In this document: piece after piece, positions 9,476 to 18,912 of the stretch
Position numbering within the stretch: the first letter of the stretch is position 1
How the letters are laid out: every line of letters starts with the position of its first letter
Source: Alphaproteobacteria bacterium
GTDB lineage: Bacteria; Pseudomonadota; Alphaproteobacteria; Rs-D84
NCBI GenBank assembly: GCA_017520675.1
Contig: JAFXFG010000011.1
Coordinates: forward strand, 469 to 64,468
Length of the DNA: 64,000 bases
Reading direction: 5' to 3'
Made by a program: the position numbers and the translations under genes
Notes under the pieces: generated by a model
Told to the model about the DNA's origin: nothing
The model's database searches: none
What the model saw: only the letters and a program-made list of their open reading frames with translations

Positions 9476-10282
9476 GTGTTTCAAAATAAAACATTTAGAA
9501 AACTGTGGAAGGGGTTTTGGGAACCTGTCTTGGGGTTGGGGTTTTTTCAATGGGTTGTCGCGATTTTATTCACAATACCTATTTGGATTGTGTATTTTAC
9601 TTCTATTAAAAAAATTACTAATATCGATGTGTTCTATAAATACAGAAAAAAGCCGGCGATATTTGTCTTTTGGCATGGACGCAGTATGATGTTAAGTCCA
9701 ATTATTTGTCTGGGGCGAATGAATGCTTATGCGGTGGCAAGTAATCATAAAGACGGGCGAATGATGGCAAAATTACAGCGCTTGTTCGGATTGCGGGCGA
9801 TTTATGGTTCATCGTCCAAAGGTGGGGTTTCTGTATTACGCGAAGGATTGCGTGTCTTGGCGCGCGGTGATTATGGTATCTGTATGTCGCCAGATGGTCC
9901 AGGGGGACCGTCCTTGCGGGTGCAAGATGGTGCATTATATTTTGCAAAAATGTCGGGTGCGCCAATTATTCCAGTGTGTTATACTGCATCACGCGCGTGG
10001 GTACAAAATAGATGGGATAGGTATTTGGTGGCGTTGCCATTTTCAAAGATTATTTGCGATATTGGAAATCCTGTGTTTGTGCCACGCAAGGCAACAGATG
10101 AAGAATTTGAAAAAATTCGCAAGGATTTAGAAGATTTTATGGTAAAACAAGTGCATGATTTAGATGCTCGGTTCGGTATAAAACCTGTTGAGCAAGATTT
10201 AAATGCAACCGAATTTAAACAGAAAAAACGCGAAGAAGCACAACTTAAAAAATTACAGAAAAAACAAAAAAAAGGAAAATAA
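9476..10282 (+). CDS. DUF374-type lysophospholipid acyltransferase-like protein
   Basis: FWHGR, DGR...GSSSKGG and SPDGPGGP motifs. Immediately precedes lpxK, as is usual in alphaproteobacteria. Confidence 0.75.
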   Translation: MFQNKTFRKLWKGFWEPVLGLGFFQWVVAILFTIPIWIVYFTSIKKITNIDVFYKYRKKPAIFVFWHGRSMMLSPIICLGRMNAYAVASNHKDGRMMAKLQRLFGLRAIYGSSSKGGVSVLREGLRVLARGDYGICMSPDGPGGPSLRVQDGALYFAKMSGAPIIPVCYTASRAWVQNRWDRYLVALPFSKIICDIGNPVFVPRKATDEEFEKIRKDLEDFMVKQVHDLDARFGIKPVEQDLNATEFKQKKREEAQLKKLQKKQKKGK

Positions 10283-11205
10283 TGAAAACTCCATTTTGGT
10301 TTTTAAAACAAAATCCGATTGCTTGGTTGTTGATACCGTTTTCTGTTGTTTATTATTTCTTTGGCAGGATTGTTTTTTGGTTCAGAAAATTTAGACAGGT
10401 AAAATCACGCAGGTTAATCATCTGTGTTGGAAATATTCTGGCAGGTGGGGTCGGTAAAACACCAATAGTAAAAGAAATTGCAAATTATTTGGATGCACCA
10501 ATTGTTATGCGTGGCTATAAAAAGTCTGAGGAAACATCCGGTGTCGGGGACGAGGCCACTATGTTGTCTAATAATGGATTGGTTGTACATACAGGCAATA
10601 GAAAAGTTAATGTCTTGATGTTGAATGAGCAAAATACAGATGTACCAATTGTTATGGATGATGGATTGCAAAACCCGACAATAAAAAAAGATATTTCAAT
10701 TCTGGTCTTTGATGAGAGGATTGGTTTTGGTAATGGTTTGTTGTTGCCAGCAGGGCCACTGCGTGTGCCAAAAAATCAAATAAAAAATGCAGATGCAATT
10801 ATTGTTATAAAAAGTAATAAGCCAAATAAAAAGTTTAAATTGCCAGCAGGAATACCTGTATTTTATGCAAAAAATCAGACTGTGTCCCCGTATGATGAAG
10901 ATGATAAGTTGGTGGCGTTTGCGGGAATTGGATATCCAAAGAAATTCTTTTCTGCGCTGGGGAATGTGGTTGCAACAAAGGCTTTCCCAGACCATTATCA
11001 ATATAATAAACAGGATATTGATAAGTTGATAGATTTAGCGGATAAAAAAAATGCAAGGCTTATTACAACAGAGAAAGATTGGGTGCGATTGCCAAAATCT
11101 GTTCAGGGTAAAATTAAATATGCAAAGTTAGAAACTGTTATTGATGGTTTGTTCTTTGATTGGTTAAAGGAGAAAATAAAATGCCAACAATTAATAAGAA
11201 AATAG
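10282..11205 (+). CDS. lpxK: tetraacyldisaccharide 4'-kinase
   Basis: P-loop GNILAGGVGKTP. About 300 aa. Confidence 0.85.
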   Translation: MKTPFWFLKQNPIAWLLIPFSVVYYFFGRIVFWFRKFRQVKSRRLIICVGNILAGGVGKTPIVKEIANYLDAPIVMRGYKKSEETSGVGDEATMLSNNGLVVHTGNRKVNVLMLNEQNTDVPIVMDDGLQNPTIKKDISILVFDERIGFGNGLLLPAGPLRVPKNQIKNADAIIVIKSNKPNKKFKLPAGIPVFYAKNQTVSPYDEDDKLVAFAGIGYPKKFFSALGNVVATKAFPDHYQYNKQDIDKLIDLADKKNARLITTEKDWVRLPKSVQGKIKYAKLETVIDGLFFDWLKEKIKCQQLIRK

Positions 11206-12122
11206 AAATTTCTGGTCTGGGGATTCATTCTGGGCAAAAGGTTAATATCGTTATTAAGCCGTCAGATGAAAAAGGTATCTTTTTTAAACGGGTTGATATG
11301 CTGGGGACTGGTTTAATACCGGCAAGTTTTGATAATGTTGGTGAAACAAAAATGCGTAATACCACGATTGGTTCGTTGGATGGCGCGTATGTTCAAACAA
11401 TTGAACATTTAATGGCGGCTTTGTTTATTGTGGGGGTTGATAGCGCAATTATCGAAATTGATGGGGCAGAAACACCAATCTTGGACGGCAGTGCAGCAGA
11501 ATTTATAAAAGAATTTCAAAAGGTTGGCAGGACTGATGGAAAATTAAAACGCATAATTGTTAAACGCGATGTTATGGTGCGGGCAACTGATGTGTTTAAA
11601 CAATTGTCAATAAAAGAAAGATTGAAAATATGGTTCTTTAATAAAATTGCAGGCAGAAAACCAGATGGTTTTGTTAAATTAAGTCCATGTTCTGATGGTG
11701 GGTTAAATATAAAGGCAACATTGGTTTATCCTGAAAAAATTATTGGAAAACAAAGTTTTTCTTATTCGTATGATGGTACAGAAAATTCTGTGAATGTGTT
11801 TGTAAAAGATGTGGCGCGTGCCAGAACATTTGGTAAGTATTCAGAATGGGAATATCTAAAAAAACGCGGTATGGGACGCGGGGCAAATGAAAATAATGTG
11901 ATTGCATTGAATGATGCTGGGGATGGTACAATTAATAAACTGATATGGCCCGATGAATTTGTTAGACATAAAATTATTGATGTTGTTGGTGATATGTTTA
12001 CCGCAGGTGGTGTGATTTGCGCGGATTTGGAATCTTATAAAGGTAGTCATGCAATGAATAATTTGGTGCTAAGAAAATTATTTAGCAATCCAGAAAATTA
12101 TGCTATAATTGATGGCGAATAG
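11181..12122 (+). CDS. lpxC: UDP-3-O-acyl-GlcNAc deacetylase
   Basis: ATG at 11181 behind AAGGAG. ISGLGIHSGQKV and HKIIDVVGDM motifs. Confidence 0.9.
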   Translation: MPTINKKIEISGLGIHSGQKVNIVIKPSDEKGIFFKRVDMLGTGLIPASFDNVGETKMRNTTIGSLDGAYVQTIEHLMAALFIVGVDSAIIEIDGAETPILDGSAAEFIKEFQKVGRTDGKLKRIIVKRDVMVRATDVFKQLSIKERLKIWFFNKIAGRKPDGFVKLSPCSDGGLNIKATLVYPEKIIGKQSFSYSYDGTENSVNVFVKDVARARTFGKYSEWEYLKKRGMGRGANENNVIALNDAGDGTINKLIWPDEFVRHKIIDVVGDMFTAGGVICADLESYKGSHAMNNLVLRKLFSNPENYAIIDGE

Positions 12123-12142
12123 ATAAAAAAGGAAGGAAAGGT

Positions 12143-12517
12143 ATGAAAAAAATATTTGCTTTGTTTGCTGTGTTGGGATTGGCTGCGTGTGGGGGGATGG
12201 TAAAAAATGAAAATGGCAGTCAGTATCTGGTAAAGTTAGATGCAGAACCAATTGGGTGTACTTTCTTGTATAAGTTAGAATCAGAAGTGTCTGTGTATGA
12301 TGCAGATGATGCGCGCAGATATATGGAAAATCGTATCGTAGATCAGGCGCGTGTTGGAAATGCGTATTGGATTACAAGTATGCGTACAAAACCAAATGAA
12401 TGGGTGATTTTTGGGCCAGAACGCGCGTTTGTCTTGGTTGCAAATGTGTATGATTGTCCAAATCCGCGCGCAGTCAGGACTGCAAATGGTGGTGGTGCAA
12501 TAACTATGTCCGAGTAA
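12143..12517 (+). CDS. small lipoprotein, unknown function
   Basis: Lipobox VLGLAAC at the end of the signal peptide. Confidence 0.6.
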   Translation: MKKIFALFAVLGLAACGGMVKNENGSQYLVKLDAEPIGCTFLYKLESEVSVYDADDARRYMENRIVDQARVGNAYWITSMRTKPNEWVIFGPERAFVLVANVYDCPNPRAVRTANGGGAITMSE

Positions 12518-12523
12518 ATATTT

Positions 12524-12550
12524 ATCCGTCGATAAGACGGATTTTTTATT
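12524..12550. terminator. bidirectional terminator between convergent genes
   Basis: ATCCGTC-GATAA-GACGGAT followed by TTTTTTATTTT. Confidence 0.7.
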
Positions 12551-12552
12551 TT

Positions 12553-13101
12553 CTAAAAACTATAATTCAAACCAAATCCAATATAGTTTATGCCACGATT
12601 TGTATCGGTGAAATCCCCGTTCGAGAAGTGTAGTGTAAAAAATTCAGCGTTAAGGTGCTTTGCAATTTTGGTGCCAATAAAAACTTTTTCGCCGAAAACA
12701 AGACGACTTTGAACATATTGGTCGCCACTGTCGCGCATATAAGGACCAATACCAATACCAAAATACCAATCACACCAATTTAATAATACTATGTCCCAAG
12801 ATATGCCAACTGCGCCAAATGATGCACCGTTTGTGCTGCGGTATGCGATGTTTTGTAATAAATGCAGGTTTATTCGTGCGGGAAGTCTTAGGATTTTTAT
12901 GGGTTGACTGTATTGTAGCATTATGTTGGTCATTGGTGTTATGTTCCATTCAAATGGTGATATTAAATGACCAAGATTGCCAAAACCACTGCTTTGAGAA
13001 ATGTAAATACCAAGACTGTTTTGAGTGTCAGAATAAAATAATGGATTCGCATAAATTGGCGATGCTGATAATATGGTTAATAGTAGTATTGTTTTCTTCA
13101 T
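12553..13101 (-). CDS. PagL-like lipid A deacylase / acyloxyacyl hydrolase, outer membrane
   Basis: Signal peptide, beta-barrel pattern, HFSNG catalytic His-x-Ser motif, C-terminal GLNYSF. Confidence 0.6.
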   Translation of the reverse strand: MKKTILLLTILSASPIYANPLFYSDTQNSLGIYISQSSGFGNLGHLISPFEWNITPMTNIMLQYSQPIKILRLPARINLHLLQNIAYRSTNGASFGAVGISWDIVLLNWCDWYFGIGIGPYMRDSGDQYVQSRLVFGEKVFIGTKIAKHLNAEFFTLHFSNGDFTDTNRGINYIGFGLNYSF

Positions 13102-13302
13102 TGTTGTTATGTTAATAAAATAATAATGGTGTATCTATATGATGAAAATCCCAATTGTTTATAGTGATTTTGTGCAAATTAAACTATTTACAGGGTGTTG
13201 AAAAATTGTTATAATCAAAATAAATAAACACGCATTGTGCGTGGCGTAAACTAGTAGAAAGGTTGGGTTTCTGCGGTTGCCAGAAAATCTAGGAGAGTCT
13301 GT

Positions 13303-15489
13303 ATGATGAATAAAAAATTAATATATTCATTGAAAAATGCGCTGGGGACAGTGTTCTTGCTGGCGGGTGCTTTCTTTGTGTGTTCGACTGTTTTGTCGGT
13401 TCGCTCGGTCTTGGCAGACCCTGTTGCACCAGTTATGTCGGAAATGTATGCTAATCCGCAAAATGCACGCACAAATGCGCGTGTGAATCCGCGTGCCAAG
13501 GCAAATGCAACACGCAGAACTGTGGCGCGCACAACTGTTGCGCCAAATAATCAGTCTGCAAATGTTGTACGTGCTGCTGAAAATGGACGCGTGAATGCGG
13601 GTGCTGTGAATGCAAATCGTGCAGTTACATCACGTACAGTTATAAATCGCGCAAATGTTGCACAACCACGCGTAAATACACAAACACGTAATGTTATATC
13701 GCGCAGACAGGATGTAACAAATCGCGCAAATGCAAATGCACGCAGAACTGTGCGCGCGCGTACTGCAACATCAGAGGTCGCAGATACAGCGCGTATTTCA
13801 TTGCAGGGTAGTGCAATTCGTGGGTCAAAGGCAAATACATCAAAATCATATTCTTATTTGTCTGGTAAATTATATACTGGTAATTATTCGAATATTATTG
13901 ATTCAACCACTGGTTTGATATCAGCAGATGCGTTTAATAATTGTATGGAATCTTATTATACCTGTATGGACGAGATTTGTACCGCCCGTAACGCAGCACA
14001 ACGCAGATGTGCCTGTGCAGGACGCGTGAAAGCATTTGCAGAGGCAGAAGCAGCATTGGAAACAGCAAATGAAGAACTTATCAAGGTTTCGGGTGAGTTG
14101 GCGTTGTTGGTCGCAAGTGGTGGTAAGGATGTGTCTGATGCGTTTAAATTGACAGATGCAGAAAAGGTTATGAACTGTGTTTCTTGGAAAGAGGCAAGTA
14201 AAAACGGAACAGCAACAAAAGAATACTTTGGTGATTGGTGTGAAGAACATGCCTTGTTTGATGATAAGTGTAGTGAAAAATCAGCGCCTTCGTATTGTAG
14301 TACCGGTGCAAAAGGAAATGATTTTGGATTTAATATAGATGATTTGGATGGTACAGGGTCTGATATTTTGGCACAGTTGCAATCGTGGGCAGATGCAAAA
14401 GAACAGACTATTACTATTTTAGCAGATGATGAAGATAATTTGTTTGATGCGTTTACTGGTGTGTCTGATGTTGTTGGTGGATTGGCAGGAATTAGCGGAA
14501 CTATAAGCAATGTTTCTGAATTAAAGGATTCTTTGGCGGAAACATGGGGATATGAATTGTTTGAATATGCACATAATAATGTTTGTGCACGTGTTTTGGA
14601 TTCTTGCTTTAACGGTATTTATGAAGCGTGTGGAACACCACCATCTGGTGTGAAGTGCGGAAATGGTGCGGGACAGTGTCCATATAACTATAATAGTCAT
14701 ATAACTGTTAATAATACTGGTTCGTATGAATTGAACTTTGTTAATGCGTCCAGTGGTTATACAAGTTCTAATTCTGCAACTTGTTTTGGTTATACGACTG
14801 CAAATGGTGATCCGTATGCCGATTTGCGTAAGCCTGTGGCGGATGCGCGTCGCAGTATTATGCAGAAATATGCATTGGATGCAAATGCAGACTGTGATGC
14901 CTATGGCGAGCAATTGCGTACAACAGCACAAAATATAGGTTATCAAAAAGTAGCGGCACAACAAGCGTTGCAACAACAGCGTCTGCAATTCGCAACAGCA
15001 GAGGCAGAAAGTGTCTTGACGCGTGCACAGGCGGCTATGGTTAACTTTAATGAGTGCCTGAGTGAAATATATGAATGTTATGAAGAAACAGCAGATAGTG
15101 AAGAAAATTGGCCAACATCGCGTATAAAGACTTATTGTGCACAGGTGGCAAATGTTCCGCATTGTTATGAAGAAATGATTTGTACACCATCTGGGGCACA
15201 ATTCACAGCAGTTATCGATAAGGAAGATAATAAGCAGTGTGAAAATACTCAGGATTATACATCAAATTCTTGCCGTAATGTTGTAACGTTGAATGAAATA
15301 TTGAATGGTGCATATGTGGGCAGTTTTGAAGGAAACTTTACTGTACATTGGGGAACCGGTGTTAAAGAAGATTCTATGATGATTCGCGAATCTTGCATAC
15401 GCAACGCAATGGGGATACCATTAGATGGTGATTTTGCAGGAAGTGGTGGTGATACATGGAATATTAGAAATTGGAAAAAAGATAAATAA
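13303..15489 (+). CDS. large exported protein: R/N/A/V-rich degenerate-repeat region followed by a Cys-rich domain
   Basis: 728 aa. N-terminal hydrophobic signal/anchor. About 130 aa of ..NARTNARVNPRAKANATRRTVARTT.. repeats, then many Cys. No family recognised. Confidence 0.7.
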   Translation: MMNKKLIYSLKNALGTVFLLAGAFFVCSTVLSVRSVLADPVAPVMSEMYANPQNARTNARVNPRAKANATRRTVARTTVAPNNQSANVVRAAENGRVNAGAVNANRAVTSRTVINRANVAQPRVNTQTRNVISRRQDVTNRANANARRTVRARTATSEVADTARISLQGSAIRGSKANTSKSYSYLSGKLYTGNYSNIIDSTTGLISADAFNNCMESYYTCMDEICTARNAAQRRCACAGRVKAFAEAEAALETANEELIKVSGELALLVASGGKDVSDAFKLTDAEKVMNCVSWKEASKNGTATKEYFGDWCEEHALFDDKCSEKSAPSYCSTGAKGNDFGFNIDDLDGTGSDILAQLQSWADAKEQTITILADDEDNLFDAFTGVSDVVGGLAGISGTISNVSELKDSLAETWGYELFEYAHNNVCARVLDSCFNGIYEACGTPPSGVKCGNGAGQCPYNYNSHITVNNTGSYELNFVNASSGYTSSNSATCFGYTTANGDPYADLRKPVADARRSIMQKYALDANADCDAYGEQLRTTAQNIGYQKVAAQQALQQQRLQFATAEAESVLTRAQAAMVNFNECLSEIYECYEETADSEENWPTSRIKTYCAQVANVPHCYEEMICTPSGAQFTAVIDKEDNKQCENTQDYTSNSCRNVVTLNEILNGAYVGSFEGNFTVHWGTGVKEDSMMIRESCIRNAMGIPLDGDFAGSGGDTWNIRNWKKDK

Positions 15490-15495
15490 AAAAAG

Positions 15496-15521
15496 TCCCC
15501 AATATTTTGGGGATTTTTTTT
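15496..15521 (+). terminator. intrinsic terminator
   Basis: TCCCC / GGGGA stem followed by 8 T. Confidence 0.7.
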
Positions 15522-15607
15522 AATATTTATGTGCTAATAATGCAAATTATAGGGTGTGTTATGATTTACTTGATTTTTTAATTGTTGGGGTGTATTCTGT
15601 AATTGTT

Positions 15608-15664
15608 ATGTATAATAATAAATTATTCTTTACTACAACTACTACAACCCCTTTGGGGGTGTAA
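15608..15664 (+). promoter_or_regulatory. candidate thrS leader peptide ORF (MYNNKLFFTTTTTTPLGV)
   Basis: ATG plus 17 codons including ACT ACA ACT ACT ACA ACC in a row, then a CCCC/GGGG hairpin overlapping the stop. Lies 88 nt upstream of thrS. Confidence 0.4.
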
Positions 15665-15751
15665 TTTCTGTGTTGCGATAAATCGCGTAAATATTTATAA
15701 TCAAGCAAATTAATCAAAATAAAAAAAACAAATATAAAAAGGATTGTTATT

Positions 15752-17485
15752 ATGTCTTATCCGATTGAAACGATACGTCATTCGTTGGCTCATGTTATGG
15801 CGGCGGCAGTTAAAAAGTTGCACCCACAGGTTAAATTTGCAGGGGGACCAGCAATTGAAAATGGTTTTTATTATGACTTTGATACAGATTATCGTTTTTC
15901 CGAAGAGGATTTTGCAAAAATTGAAAAGGAAATGCGCGACTTGATTAAGTCAAATGGTCGATTTGAGCAAAGAAATGTTAGTCTGGATGAAGCAAAAGAA
16001 ATCTTTGCAGCGCAACCATATAAAATGGAATGGTTGAATGATTATGATGCGGCGGGTGAACAGTTGTCTATCTATACTTTCCGCGATTTTGTTGATTTGT
16101 GTCGCGGGCCACATGTTGAATCAAGCAAGGATTTACCACGCGATTCTTTCAAAATTCGCAGTGTTGCGGGGGCGTATTGGAAAGGGGATTCCAAGAATAA
16201 AATGCTGCAACGCATTTATGTTGATGCATTTGAAACAAAAGAAGATTTAGATAATTTCTTGAAAATGCAGGAAGAGGCCGCGGCACGCGATAACCGTAAA
16301 CTGGGGAAAGATATGGATTTGTTCCATTTTGAACCGGAATATGCACCAGGGGCGGTGTTCTGGCACGATAAAGGATACAAGATTTATCGTGGATTGATTG
16401 AATATGTGCGTGCGCGTCAGGAAATGGCGGGATATCAGGAAATTTCAACACCTGCTGTTATGGATAGGTGTTTGTGGGAACGCAGCGGCCACTGGGCAAA
16501 ATATGGTGAGCATAATTATTCCGGTAAAACACAAGATGGTAAAGTATTCTGTATCAAGCCTATGTCGTGTCCAGGTGGGATGTTAGTTTTTGGACATGGG
16601 TTGCGTTCATATAAGGATTTGCCATTGTATATGGCGGAATTTGGTAAAGTTCATCGCTATGAAGCCGCAGGTGGTTTGTCTGGATTGTTGCGTGTGCGCG
16701 AATTTACGCAAGATGATGCGCATATCTTTTGTACAGAAGAACAGTTAGAGGCAGAAGTTGTTAAAATCTTGAAATTTATCAAAGATATTTATGCTAAGTT
16801 CGGTTTTGATAAAATTACAATGAAATTAGCAACCAGAAAAGAGTCTGAATTCCGTATTGGATCCGATGAAATTTGGGACAAAGCAGAGGGCGCATTGAAA
16901 CATGCGTTGGATGCAAATGGTATCGAATATGAAATCGCAGAAGGTGATGCAGCATTCTATGGTCCAAAAATTGATAATTATTTGCGTGATTCTATGGGGC
17001 GCGTGTGGCAGTGTGGTACTGTGCAGTTGGATATGAATCTGCCGGAAAGATTCGATTTGACCTATGTTGGTGAAGATGGTGAAAAACATCGTCCAATTAT
17101 GTTGCATCGCGCGGTGTTGGGCAGTATCGAAAGATTTATGGGAATGTTACTGGAATCAACAGGGGGACATTTGCCACTGTGGTTAAGCCCAGAGCCAGTT
17201 GTTGTTGCACCAATATCTGAAAAGTTTGCAGATTATGCAAATGAAGTGGTTGCGACTTTGCGTGATGCAGGGGTTAATACACGTGCAGATTTGCGTGATG
17301 AAAAAGTTAATTACAAAATCCGCGAATTGTCTTTGGCAAAAACACCAATTATCGCAATCGTTGGTGAAAAAGAGTGTCAGAATAAAACTGTTACTTTGCG
17401 AAAGTTGGGACAGGAAAAACAGGAATCTTTGCCACTGGATGAATTTGTCGAAATGATGAAAAATGCAGTGAAGATGCCATTGTAA
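15752..17485 (+). CDS. thrS: threonine--tRNA ligase lacking the N-terminal TGS domain
   Basis: 577 aa. Aligns with E. coli ThrRS from about residue 66 (ETIRHSLAHV, DLCRGPH, class II motifs FTQDDAH, HRA.LGS.ERF). Confidence 0.95.
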   Translation: MSYPIETIRHSLAHVMAAAVKKLHPQVKFAGGPAIENGFYYDFDTDYRFSEEDFAKIEKEMRDLIKSNGRFEQRNVSLDEAKEIFAAQPYKMEWLNDYDAAGEQLSIYTFRDFVDLCRGPHVESSKDLPRDSFKIRSVAGAYWKGDSKNKMLQRIYVDAFETKEDLDNFLKMQEEAAARDNRKLGKDMDLFHFEPEYAPGAVFWHDKGYKIYRGLIEYVRARQEMAGYQEISTPAVMDRCLWERSGHWAKYGEHNYSGKTQDGKVFCIKPMSCPGGMLVFGHGLRSYKDLPLYMAEFGKVHRYEAAGGLSGLLRVREFTQDDAHIFCTEEQLEAEVVKILKFIKDIYAKFGFDKITMKLATRKESEFRIGSDEIWDKAEGALKHALDANGIEYEIAEGDAAFYGPKIDNYLRDSMGRVWQCGTVQLDMNLPERFDLTYVGEDGEKHRPIMLHRAVLGSIERFMGMLLESTGGHLPLWLSPEPVVVAPISEKFADYANEVVATLRDAGVNTRADLRDEKVNYKIRELSLAKTPIIAIVGEKECQNKTVTLRKLGQEKQESLPLDEFVEMMKNAVKMPL

Positions 17486-17546
17486 AAAATAATAAGGCGC
17501 GTGATTTGGTTGCGCGCCTTTGATTTAATAAAAAAGGAAAGGATAA

Positions 17547-17690
17547 ATGAAAAAAATATTATTGTTGTGTGCTGTATTGGTTGTGCCGGTCGCTATGTCG
17601 GGGTGTGCAAAAAAATGTGAACTAGAACCAATAGTGCAGGAAAATCAAAAGCTGATTGTGCCACCTAATTTTGGGAAAATGCCAAAATAA
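17547..17690 (+). CDS. small lipoprotein (47 aa)
   Basis: Below the track cutoff. AGGAAAGGA upstream. MKKILLLCAVLVVPVAMSGC lipobox. Confidence 0.55.
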   Translation: MKKILLLCAVLVVPVAMSGCAKKCELEPIVQENQKLIVPPNFGKMPK

Positions 17691-17771
17691 TTTATATATC
17701 TGTTTGGTGGATTGATTTTTTTGTGATATAATAAATCATAAAGTTAATCTATATCAGAGAGGGGATTTGTC

Positions 17772-18596
17772 ATGAACGATGATAATAATTTAGATTTGTT
17801 GGACTTGGATGATAATGATTCTGTGGATTCGTTGCCAGATGTGCCTGCGTTTGCAACACCCAGACCAAAGAAACCTTGGTTGTTGCTGTCGGTTGGAATC
17901 GCGGTAATCGTATTGGCGACTTATATCATTGTTCAGGCAATTGGTGATGATTCTTCTTCGACGATAGAGGTGGATTTAGATGCACCTGTTGAATTCGTTG
18001 TCGGTGGTGATGAAGATGTCGCAACTGAGGTTGCAAAAGATATGAATGTTATGCCACCTGTAAAGCCTGTGCAGGTTGCACCAACACCACAGCCAAAACC
18101 ACAACCAGTGCAGGAAGTTAAAAAGATAGAACCAAAACCACAAGTACAAGTGCAACAACAGGAAGAAACAACGGTTATGCCTGTGCGTGTGGTTGAAGAA
18201 AGAAAAGATGTTAAGTTTAATCCTGCGGCAAAACCAAAAGCAGAGGTTAAAGCAAGACCGGTGGAAAGTAAACCAAAAACAGCGCAAAGGGCAACGGTAA
18301 AACCGCAACAAAAGAAAGCAGAAAATAAAAATGTTGCAGCCAGAACATCTGTGTCTTCGTGGTATGTGCAGTTTGGTTCGTATAGTACACGCGCACTGGC
18401 AGAGACTGCACAACGCAAAATTGCAAATGAACATAAAAGTCTGTTCGCAGGTAAACAGTTTGTTATCTTGGCGGCGCAATTGAAAAATGGTACAACAACA
18501 TACAGATTGCGTGTCGGATTTAATAATGCAAATGATGCAAATGGTTTTTGTAGAAATGCAAAGTCCGATGGGCTGGATTGTTATGTCGCAAAATAA
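17772..18596 (+). CDS. SPOR domain-containing protein
   Basis: TM anchor, P/Q/K-rich linker, C-terminal SWYVQFGSYSTRALAE...YRLRVGF SPOR domain. Confidence 0.8.
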   Translation: MNDDNNLDLLDLDDNDSVDSLPDVPAFATPRPKKPWLLLSVGIAVIVLATYIIVQAIGDDSSSTIEVDLDAPVEFVVGGDEDVATEVAKDMNVMPPVKPVQVAPTPQPKPQPVQEVKKIEPKPQVQVQQQEETTVMPVRVVEERKDVKFNPAAKPKAEVKARPVESKPKTAQRATVKPQQKKAENKNVAARTSVSSWYVQFGSYSTRALAETAQRKIANEHKSLFAGKQFVILAAQLKNGTTTYRLRVGFNNANDANGFCRNAKSDGLDCYVAK

Positions 18597-18616
18597 TTAA
18601 TAAAGGAGTTCTTATT

Positions 18617-18802
18617 ATGTTTGGACGATTTGGTTGGGCAGAGATTTTAATAATTGTAGTCTTGGTGGCTATCTTGTTTGGGCATAATAAAATTCCAACA
18701 ATGATGAAAAATTTGGCCGATGGATTAAATGTCTTTAAGAAAGAATTAAAGACAGATAAGAAAAAGTCAGAAAAAAATAAAAAAGCCGAAAAGAAAAAAT
18801 AA
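18617..18802 (+). CDS. tatA: twin-arginine translocase subunit TatA/E
   Basis: ATG at 18617 behind AAGGAG. MFGRFGWAEILIIVVLVAILFG...FKKEL. Confidence 0.85.
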   Translation: MFGRFGWAEILIIVVLVAILFGHNKIPTMMKNLADGLNVFKKELKTDKKKSEKNKKAEKKK

Positions 18803-18880
18803 TAAATAAATTAATTTTTCTTGAATACACAAGAATAAAAGATGCGCCAAGGATGGAAGTAATTGAAATAAAAATTATTA

Positions 18881-18912
18881 AAAAATCCCGAATTAATCGG
18901 GATTCTTTTTTT
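18881..18912. terminator. bidirectional terminator
   Basis: AATCCCGA / TCGGGATT stem with flanking A- and T-runs. Confidence 0.65.

Noticed and set aside
13921-15201. Minus-strand ORFs 13956..14510, 13921..14250 and 14521..15201
   Set aside because: They are antisense shadows of the 728-aa gene. Their composition is Cys/Ile/Thr-rich and they have no start context.
15520-15751. T-box riboswitch or E. coli-type operator upstream of thrS
   Set aside because: There is no T-box consensus (AGGGTGGNACCGCG-like) and no anticodon-arm mimic. Only the Thr-codon mini-ORF is notable.
17933-18479. Two minus-strand ORFs of about 165 aa inside the SPOR gene
   Set aside because: They are antisense to a P/Q/K-rich linker. 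The sense frame has a clear SPOR domain and an RBS.
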